DNA of 64,000 nucleotides from Bryobacterales bacterium (lineage in GTDB: Bacteria > Acidobacteriota > Terriglobia > Bryobacterales > UBA6623), in assembly GCA_965226185.1 (NCBI GenBank), contig CBDDCT010000007.1, forward strand, positions 173,625 through 237,624, given 5' to 3'. A model generated the notes under the pieces. It searched no databases and had not been told where the DNA came from. It worked only from the letters and a program-made list of their open reading frames with translations. Below are positions 51,070 to 59,302 of the stretch, piece by piece. Made by a program: the position numbers and the translations under genes. Position 1 is the first letter of the stretch; the number at the start of each line of letters is the position of its first letter.

Positions 51070-52837
51070 TTTACAGCTACTTGTGGGATCGGACCTCGCA
51101 ACCAAACTGAAGCCAAACCTTGAGTCGTACCTAAACACCGGGGAGGCACACGTTGCCGTGACGATTCCACAGCGAACAAAAACTCCCGTCGTCAGACCCC
51201 AAATCCCTCAAAAATATGAGAAGAAATACAACGCGGCCCTGAAACACCTTGTTCGGAACTCCACGGACACTGAAGAAGTACTAGCGACAATATTTAAGGC
51301 GCAACACGTCGGCATTGAGCTGCCGAGCCGGGAAGTTGATCCTGCCGGAGATCGACTCGAGTTTGGCGTGCCACTCTCATATCTCCGGCGAGCTGTCGAA
51401 AGGCAGCTCGGAGAAGTCAGCGGCCCTGACCTACACAGGGCTTTGGACTCCCTCATCGATTGGGGGGTCATAGTGCCTCGGTACCTCTCACAGGACGTCG
51501 ATGGAAACGGAGTCTGGTACCGGAGCTTTCGCGTGGGTGAAGGCCAGGCAATGGTGCCAGCGCATATCACCAAGGAGTGCTTCAACATACTAAGCAAGGT
51601 CATCGGTGACGACGCTCTACCAGAACTCCTGACTGAGAAGTTCTTCGTTCTGGCATGCCATCTTGCCAACGTGTTCGACGATCCGGCCTTCGTTTCTGCC
51701 CCCAAGATCAAGCGCGGTTTCCACCTCTACGGGGCGAGACCACGCGTAACGGTGGGTGGAAAGAGTTTCTGGCTGGTCGACTGGGCATGTCAGAAGCGCA
51801 TCCTAGAGCGCCACAAACGCGCTAAGAAGCCCCACTATAAACTTCATAGCAGCACAAGGACGTACTTCCCGAGCGATGAAAATCCTTTGAGCCATTCTAT
51901 GCGTCTAACTATACCGGCATTGGCTCGATGGACAAAGGAGGCACTGGAGACAAAGCGCCTTGGCTCCAAGTTTTTGGTCGCCGTTACTACAGTTGAGTCA
52001 CCTTGGGCATATAAGCAGGCACTCGAAGCTGAACTTCGAGGTTGGGCGCATCACGAAGAGTGGGGCGTAATCGCAGCTGTACATTCATTGGACGACCTTG
52101 TGGAACAAGCGGATGACGCAAGTCTTCACCGGGCCGGCATTATATTGGCTGGGCTTGCTAATTGGATAGCGCAAGCTGAGGTAAAGGATGAACTGAGAGC
52201 CGGCTTCGAAGAATTTATTGCGCGTGCGAATGGACGTTGGCCAGACACGTCATTCGACGATACTGCTTCTACATGGCGCGAGTTGATCCGGAAGTCACTT
52301 GAAGAGCGCGGCGACGAGCGAGCAAGACCGGCACATGTGGTAGAGGAGCTTGTTAAGCCTACAATCACTGTAGCAGGCCGCCTTACTAGCTTGTTGCGTA
52401 ACATTCTTTCTGAGTTCGCCGAGTCGCACCTTGAGTGTGCGCAGCCCGCTCTCTTTCGCGAGTCAAAAGACGAGAGAGCAAAGCCAGTATCCGAGTCTTC
52501 CGAGGAACTGACCAGATCGATTGAGGAATTACCGATTCAGATTCGTTCGCAGTTCTCTGGCGCCATCGGCCACCTTGGGGGAGTTGCGCGGGCTCGAACT
52601 CTCCAGTCTGCCGTTGAAAGCGTCCGCCCGATGGCACTTGTCATAGCTCGGGGCGTAGATGAAGTTCTGAATTGTCATCCTGATATTTCGGATGAGCCTT
52701 TGGACCCACTTGAGTCTGGGTTATACGTATTGTTCTGGGATGTGCGTAAGTCCACTCAGAACAAAACAAGAGAACCACTAACCCGGATTTCTCATCGCGG
52801 GGTTGGCGGAAGGCCGCCTTTTGTGGCACAAACATAA
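51070..52837 (+). pseudogene. 3' part (~588 codons) of the split gene; no recognisable domain. The 3' end lies ~40 bp from another IS1380-like transposase gene
   Basis: Residues 73-660 of track ORF 50855..52837. The first 72 residues of that ORF are MITE-derived antisense read-through. Confidence 0.7.
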
Positions 52838-52879
52838 TGATTACAATATGTTTCAGCCAGCAAGAAAGCGACCCCTGCC

Positions 52880-54295
52880 ATGACAGAGTGTACCCAAACC
52901 AGCTTCACCTTCGCCGACCATGGCCGCCGCCAGGTGGTAGCCTGTTTCGACGGCGGCATGATCACCTCCGACGGCGGCGCCATGCTGTTGCGCCAGACCG
53001 AACAGCGCAGCGGCATCGTGCGGCAGTTCGCCGCCTGCTTCCGTGATCACCGCCAGCCCGCGCAAGTCGAACACAGCGTGCGCGAGCTGGTCTCGCAGCG
53101 CGTCTACGGGCTGGCGCTGGGTTATGAGGACCTCAACGATCACGATCAGCTGCGCTCCGACCCGCTGCTGGCCCTGCTGAGCGGCAAACAAGACCTCGAA
53201 GGCAAGCAGCGCCGCCGAGCCCAAGACCGCGGCAAGGCGGGCGCCGGCAAGAGCACTCTCAACCGCCTGGAGTTGACCCCGGCCAAGGCCGGCGCGCAAA
53301 GCCGTTACAAGAAGATCGTTCTCGACACGGGCGCGGCCGACCGTCTGCTGACCTCGCTCTACATTCAATCGCAGCCGTGCCAGCCCGAGCGCATCGTGCT
53401 CGATCTCGACGCCACCGACGACGCGCTGCACGGCCGCCAAGAGGGGCGCTTTTTTCACGGCTACTACGGACACTATTGCTACCTGCCGCTCTACATTTTC
53501 GCCGGGGACCAGTTGCTGTGCGCGCGCCTGCGGCCGTCCAACATCGACGCCTCGGCGGGGTCGCTCGAAGAGGTCCGGCGCATCGTCGAACAACTGCGGC
53601 GGGTGTGGCCCGAGGTCGAGATCCTGCTGCGGGCCGACAGCGGTTTTTGCCGCGACGAGATCATGAGCTGGTGCGAGAACCAGGGCGTGGATTACGTGTT
53701 CGGACTGGCGAAAAACGAGCGTTTAGAGCGCCTGATCAAGAGACGGATGAAGCTGGCGCGGCGGCGTTTCGCCAAGAGGGGCAAGGCGGCCCGGGCGTTC
53801 GGGGATTTCCGCTACCGCACGCGAACCAGCTGGGCGCGGGGGCGCAGGGTGGTGGCCAAGGCGGAGTATCTGGCGAAGGGCGAAAACCCGCGTTTCGTGG
53901 TGACGTCGCTGACGCCCAAGCAAGCGGCGGCGCAACACTTATACGAGACGATCTACTGCGCCCGCGGAGAGATGGAGAACCGCATCAAGGAGCAGCAGCT
54001 GGGGCTGTTCGCCGACCGCACCTCGACCGCGCTATTGCGGTCGAATCAGATCCGCTTATATTTTTCATCGATCGGGTACTGTTTGCTGGAGACGCTGCGG
54101 CGGCTGGGGTTGGCGGGGACGAAGATGGCGCGGGCGCAATGCACGACGATCCGGCTGCGGTTGTTGAAGATCGGAGCGCGCATCCGGATCACGGCGCGCA
54201 AAGTGTGGATTTCGCTGGCGACGGGATACGCCTGGGCGGGGGTGTTCGCCCAAGCGTATGAGAATCTCGAACGGGGGGAGCCGCGGCGCTGCTGA
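52880..54295 (+). CDS. IS1380-family DDE transposase (third type)
   Basis: FHGYYGHYCYLPLYIFAGDQLLCARLRPSNIDASAG, LRADSGFCRDEIMSWCE and CARGEMENRIKEQQLGLFADRTS blocks parallel ORF 29127. Confidence 0.8.
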   Translation: MTECTQTSFTFADHGRRQVVACFDGGMITSDGGAMLLRQTEQRSGIVRQFAACFRDHRQPAQVEHSVRELVSQRVYGLALGYEDLNDHDQLRSDPLLALLSGKQDLEGKQRRRAQDRGKAGAGKSTLNRLELTPAKAGAQSRYKKIVLDTGAADRLLTSLYIQSQPCQPERIVLDLDATDDALHGRQEGRFFHGYYGHYCYLPLYIFAGDQLLCARLRPSNIDASAGSLEEVRRIVEQLRRVWPEVEILLRADSGFCRDEIMSWCENQGVDYVFGLAKNERLERLIKRRMKLARRRFAKRGKAARAFGDFRYRTRTSWARGRRVVAKAEYLAKGENPRFVVTSLTPKQAAAQHLYETIYCARGEMENRIKEQQLGLFADRTSTALLRSNQIRLYFSSIGYCLLETLRRLGLAGTKMARAQCTTIRLRLLKIGARIRITARKVWISLATGYAWAGVFAQAYENLERGEPRRC

Positions 54296-54708
54296 AAACG
54301 GCAAGGCGAGTTCAAGTAATACTTGAAGCACACAGGGCTCGACAGGGGCGGCAATCGAGGTTTGCCCAAAAACAGACGAAAAACGCCTCGGCCAGGGTCG
54401 CGGACAGCATGCCGGGCCGTTTCTGCCCCACGGCGGCCCCGCCGAGAGGCGATGCCGCCTCAAGACCATGAAATCCCATCCCGCGCGCCCCGCCAACCCC
54501 GTTTTCGGGAATCGATGAGAAATGCGGGCTAACACGTCGGATCCAGGAGGTAAACTCGTCCGTCTACAGGGCGTTCGGGGAACCACTTCTAGAGTTCGAC
54601 CACGAATCAAAAGATGATGGTAATGTTGCCATTTGCGACAGTTTTGAGACAGTAATCGGCGTTGCGAAAATTGTTGCAAACGGTTTCGCAACAGAGTACT
54701 GCGTCAAG

Positions 54709-55059
54709 ATGGGGTGCGATACGAATGCAGACGGCACACTGACCCGTGGGCGTTCTAGCAGTCGACTGGCTGGCCGAGCTTTCGAGTACGCGGCCAGAAT
54801 GATGTCATTCTACGGTGAAATCCACAAGGATGCTGGTGCGTGGACCTCAGACGATAGTAGGGATCACAACGGGGTCCACGGTCGTCCCGAAGACCCACAG
54901 GATGGCACATCATATCTGGTACTTTCAGAGCAGGCGTACCGATTGGCTGAAGAACAGACTAACGCAGGGCTGACTGAATTCACAAGGCTGTCCGGCTGGT
55001 ACAAACCGCGGGTTTTTGGGGCCTATAAACGACGGGTCTACGTTCGACAAATGGCTTAG
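54709..55059 (+). CDS. hypothetical protein (116 aa)
   Basis: ORF only. Confidence 0.3.
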   Translation: MGCDTNADGTLTRGRSSSRLAGRAFEYAARMMSFYGEIHKDAGAWTSDDSRDHNGVHGRPEDPQDGTSYLVLSEQAYRLAEEQTNAGLTEFTRLSGWYKPRVFGAYKRRVYVRQMA

Positions 55060-55145
55060 AAAGTCTAAGAGATTAAGAGATGAGGGACAGCCACCGGGGG
55101 AGATGAGGTCGCGGTAGGGATGCCGGTCGCCCGGCACCCCCCGCA

Positions 55146-55184
55146 CAGATCCGTACGTGAGCGTTGACTCATACGGCTCTTACC
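55146..55184 (-). ncRNA. candidate group II intron domain V (catalytic AGC triad), probably an ORF-less intron or 3' fragment
   Basis: Minus strand reads GAGCCGUAUG-AGUCAACGCU-CACGUACGG-AUCU. The two stem halves are identical to the canonical DV (GAGCCGUAUG...CACGUACGGUUC) at 19/19 positions. Confidence 0.45.
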
Positions 55185-55838
55185 TCGGATAGTGGCGTCA
55201 GCGCAAGCCCGACAACAGCTTCCGCTCCGCACGCCGTCCAGCGCTTGGGGCACGGCCTGTCCGCCTCTGTGTGCGGTCCGTGGCGCACCCGACGACGTTC
55301 TCCTCGGTCCCGGCCCTTCCCTCCAGATCCTCCGCCGACGGTTGCCCGTCCTTGTTCGGACTCTTCGCGGGTACTACGGCCCGGTCCGACTCCTCGGTGG
55401 CGTACGCGTGGGGCGTGCGGCTGTCGCCTTCCCCCACCGGCCTGCCACTTCGCGGCAGGCGCCTCCGAGGTCTCGCGGTTCTCGCGCGAGGAGTTTCCTG
55501 ACGTGCACGGGGTCCCCGACCGCGCCGGGTCCGACCGCCGCTTGCGATAGCGCGGCGGTTGATGTTGCCTTCCCCTTCTATCGATAGGGTCGGCACCCGA
55601 AACTAGGTATTTCGCGGCTCGATAGGCGGCCCGCCAGTGCCTTTGTCAACGCTTCACCCGCGATGTCGCCACCGCCGGCGCATGACTCGAGGTCAGCGTG
55701 CGAGTGACCTTTTGAGCGAAATGGCGAGCAGGTACCTGCAATCGGAGTGAGATCGGGCAGCATACGATAACCGGTCCGGGTATGGCGTCCTATGGCTGCA
55801 CTTATTGACTTGACGGGAATGAGAGGGCGGGGAAAGAA

Positions 55839-56516
55839 ATGAGATCGCGTCAACGGCCGGTGCTGATCCGCTCTCTTTTGCTGCTAGCGCTTCTGGGGGT
55901 GCATGGGTGTCCGTCGCCGCGGAGCGGCTCCGCGTGGGACGGGATACGTGCGCGGCGTCAAGCAGCGCTCGCCGACTACATGGAGACTCACCGGAAAAGC
56001 TGGCAGTGGTTTGCCGACGCACCCCTCGGAGATTTCGGCGTGCCTTGGCTGATGCTGAAGGTCATGCCGCTGGTGGCCGAGGACATCTGGGGTGATGGCT
56101 CGGACGGCATGCAGCGTTTCGGGCTGTTCGCCGACTCGAGGCAAGGCGCCGGCTGGCCGGCTCCTCGAGGTATCGGGTGGACCGGCCTTTTCCCCCGGGA
56201 GAACCAGCCGCTGCGCGGACTTGATATCGCTGCCGTCACTTGTGCATCCTGCCACACTGGCCGCGTCAAAGGGGCGAATGGCGAGATTACTTACCTCGAT
56301 GGCGGCGTGAATACGACGTTCCAGCTGGTGAAGTATTGGGCGGCAATCGTTCAGACGGCGGACAAGGTCGCGGGCTCGATCTCCGATCCGGAGAAGAAGA
56401 AGGAAAGGATAGCGGCGGTTTTCGGTGAGGCCATATCGAAGGCGGCAGATGCGAAACCAAGCTTCTTCTACGGGGACGTGACCTACAAAGGACACCGGTT
56501 CGATAGCACGTGGGAC
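55839..56516 (+). pseudogene. secreted c-type cytochrome-like protein (CASCH heme motif) interrupted by MITE M2. The 3' remnant (33 codons) is at 57046..57150
   Basis: Signal peptide, DIAAVTCASCHTGRVKG. ORF track 55839..56555 ends in the MITE-coded LNYALRRGPEEG. After excision the frame continues WEKKQIELFESQKLEAAELLLNKAAMIEMMAGNL*. Confidence 0.75.
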
Positions 56517-57045
56517 CTGAATTATGCACTGCGGCGTGGACCTGAGGAGGGCTGAGCCGCAAGGGACCATTGGGAACCCCCGAAAACATGGGGTAAAAAG
56601 GTAGGCTGGCAAAGATCCCAGCTTCGCCAGCCAACCCCAAGGAGGTCACCCACATGGTTACCAGACGAAAACAGCATAGCTCCCAAAGGCCCGTCCAACA
56701 AGGCCCAGCCGTGACGGCCTCGCGGCCCAATAAAATCGGGGCTTCGACGCCTTACCACTTCCGCGGCAGGAAGCCGACTCCCTACGGCGGCTTGCTGCCG
56801 GTGGTCGGGAGGGCGCTGATCTGAGAGCCTGGCTATGCGCTATGCATAAAATTTTATGCACTAGCCGTAACACACTGGAAACACGTCACTTCCGAGCGAG
56901 GTTTTGACGACGCGGATTCTGGGCGGGAAGGGAAACCGGACACGGAGAAGTCAAAAGGCCAGTTGCCGAGCTACCACCTCACGACGACCGCCAACCCGCT
57001 ACGAACGCAGCCACACTCGCAAAGTGAATCTGTGCATAATTCAGG
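56517..57045 (+). mobile_element. IS-X-derived MITE (M2, ~529 bp), 5-bp TSD TGGGA
   Basis: Same structure as M1 in the opposite orientation. tggga at 56512-16 and 57046-50. Confidence 0.85.
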
Positions 57046-57779
57046 TGGGAGAAAAAGCAAATCGAGCTGTTCGAGTCACAAAAGCTCGAAGCCGCGGAAC
57101 TGCTGCTGAACAAAGCGGCAATGATCGAAATGATGGCGGGGAATTTGTAAGAGGCTAACTATCAGGATATCTATCCCGACAAGGCTGATTTCCTGAAAGG
57201 GCCGCCCGGACAGGGCGACGCTACCGGAATTCCGGCCGCGGCGAATCTGCCGAAAGGACAAAAGGCAGCGGCGGCTCGAGGACAGAAAGCGCCGACGGCG
57301 AGTGAGGCGAAAAAAGCTGGACTGCAGCCCCCGCGGGCGTCAATGACAGACTTCATGAGCGTTTGGCGGCAGGACTTGCGCCAGCCTGAGTGGGACGCTG
57401 AGGGCAAGGCGCTGGTCCACGGCGGCCATGCCACGCCTCACGACGTTCTTTTCTTGCAGGACCCTTTCATTCCCGACAACATGCCGGTTTATCCCGGCCC
57501 TCCTGGTGGTAACAAGCGTTCCGTTCAATTATCCGGCTCAGTCCTTGCTAACTCATTGGACGGGGCGGTGTTCAGCTCTCAATGCGACCCGGAGGAGTGT
57601 CTCTGACGGCGGATAGGCGGTGAGAAAGGTGTCGTAGGGTCGGGAACTGGCGCGGTGGCCCGTCAGGACGCTGGCTTGGCTGTATCCGGGGTTTCCCCCT
57701 GCGTGCCCGTTGAGCCCTGTCCGTGGCTCCGTTTCCAGCTCCCGCCACCTCGCACGTAGCGTGCGAATTTCCCGCACAA

Positions 57780-58069
57780 CGCGCTCCTGCACACTTCGTG
57801 TCAGAGCTTATGGGACCTAATTCCTCACTGCAGGCCTTCAACTCCTCCACGCTGCCGAACGCCCGGCGGCGGATCGCCTTCTGGCTCAGCTCGCCGAACC
57901 AGCGCTCGAGCAGGTTTAGCCAACTTGAGCTGGCCGGGACAAAGTGAAGCTCGAAGCGCGGGTGGCGCTGCAACCAGCCCCGCACTTTCTCATGCTTATG
58001 CGTCCCATAGTTGTCCAGGATTAAATGCAGCGGGACGTCGCCGGGAAACTCATTGACGAGAGTGCGCAA
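57780..58069 (-). pseudogene. IS630-family transposase remnant (C-terminal DDE fragment)
   Basis: LILDNYGTHKHEKVRGWLQRHPRFELHFVPASSSWLNLLERWFGELSQKAIRRRAFGSVEELK. No N-terminal part is present. Confidence 0.75.
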
Positions 58070-58242
58070 GAACCTCAGAAACTCCTGCTGCCGGTGGCGT
58101 TCGGAGAGCGAAAGTTTTCAAGGGGAAGCCCTACCCACAGGCTACGACAGACCCGGTAAGTTGTTCATTTATTTATTGGAAACTACACTGGAATATTCAA
58201 ATCCCTACAGGGCAGGGAGCTTTTCGAGTTTAATGGACTAAG

Positions 58243-59259
58243 GTGCGGATCCTTACCGGCGTTACCGTTGGCTGCGGTTTTTTCAGCCGCATTCAAATGG
58301 AGGCGTGGCAGCGCGTGGACCGCGCGCGAATCGCCGCGGCTTGCGATATCGACCGAAACAAAGCTGAATCTTTCGCGGCCGACTTTGGGCTGCGTCCCTA
58401 TAGCGACGCGGCGACGATGATCGAGGCCGAACGGCCCGACTTCGTCGATATCGCCACGCGCCCGTCGACTCATCCGGCCCTTGTCGAACTGGCCGCGGGC
58501 CAGGGAACCGATCTCCTGCTCCAGAAACCCATGGCGGAGACCTGGGCGCAGGCGCGCCGGATCGCAAACACCGCCAAGAAAGCCGGGCCGCGGCTCATGA
58601 TAAACGAGAACTGGCGCTGGCAAGCATGGTACCGAACGATCGCCGGGCTGATCCGCGCGGGCCGCATCGGCAAGCCGTTCTTCTATCGAATGGAGGTCCG
58701 CAATCGGGACGGTGTCGGCGATCAGCCGTTCCCCAATCAGCCCTACTTCGCCGGGATGCCCCGGTTTCTGCTGATGGAAACTCTGGTCCATCATCTCGAC
58801 ACGGCGCGCTATTTGATGGGTGACATCGAAGAAGTCTATTGCCGAACCGCCAAGCTGAACGCCGTCATCGCGGGCGAGGATCTCGCCATGATCTCCGTTC
58901 GGCACGCCAATGGCGTGCTCGGAATTATCGATGGCAACCGCATGACGAAGCCAGACGAAGCGGGAGAAGTCATGGGAAGCTCGCGCTTCGAGGGATCTGA
59001 AGCGACGATTCAACTGCGCGGCGGCGGTGACGTCTGGCTGGCTGGCGAGCAAGTCTTTTCGGGACGAGGCCTGACCGGATACAAGGGCGATAGCTGCCGC
59101 GCCACGCAGCAGCATTTCATCGACTGCCTTCTCTCGGAAGCGGAATTCGAGACGGAGGGCGCCAGTTACCTTAACACGACCGTAGCCGCTGTCGAGGCGT
59201 GCTATCGCTCGGCCGCCGAGAATCGCCCCGTCTCCATTGAAGAGATTATTTCCGCTTAG
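58243..59259 (+). CDS. Gfo/Idh/MocA family oxidoreductase
   Basis: 338 aa with an N-terminal Rossmann region (GCGFFSRIQMEAW...CDIDRNKAESFAADFGL) and a C-terminal alpha/beta domain. Confidence 0.8.
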   Translation: MRILTGVTVGCGFFSRIQMEAWQRVDRARIAAACDIDRNKAESFAADFGLRPYSDAATMIEAERPDFVDIATRPSTHPALVELAAGQGTDLLLQKPMAETWAQARRIANTAKKAGPRLMINENWRWQAWYRTIAGLIRAGRIGKPFFYRMEVRNRDGVGDQPFPNQPYFAGMPRFLLMETLVHHLDTARYLMGDIEEVYCRTAKLNAVIAGEDLAMISVRHANGVLGIIDGNRMTKPDEAGEVMGSSRFEGSEATIQLRGGGDVWLAGEQVFSGRGLTGYKGDSCRATQQHFIDCLLSEAEFETEGASYLNTTVAAVEACYRSAAENRPVSIEEIISA

Positions 59260-59302
59260 CGTGTCCAGCCAATTAGGATCGATCGGCTCGGCTCTTGCGT
59301 CG

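Noticed and set aside
52700-52837. C-terminal LYVLFWDVRKST of the split gene as a class III nucleotidyl cyclase motif.
   Set aside because: Only a loose resemblance to FxDIxGFT. Too short and too close to the IS boundary to call.
55164-55596. Three mutually overlapping ORFs on both strands (55164..55550+, 55192..55587+, 55198..55596-).
   Set aside because: All are Arg/Pro-rich and low-complexity with no motifs. The region is better explained as non-coding, and it contains the intron DV-like element.
50540-57045. M1 and M2 (inverted IS-X MITEs) flanking a 5.4-kb segment looked like a composite transposon carrying the 590-aa ORF, an IS1380-like transposase and the cytochrome gene.
   Set aside because: Each MITE has its own perfect TSD (TTTA, TGGGA). 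Each interrupts a different host gene whose frame resumes after excision. They are independent simple insertions, not the ends of one composite element.
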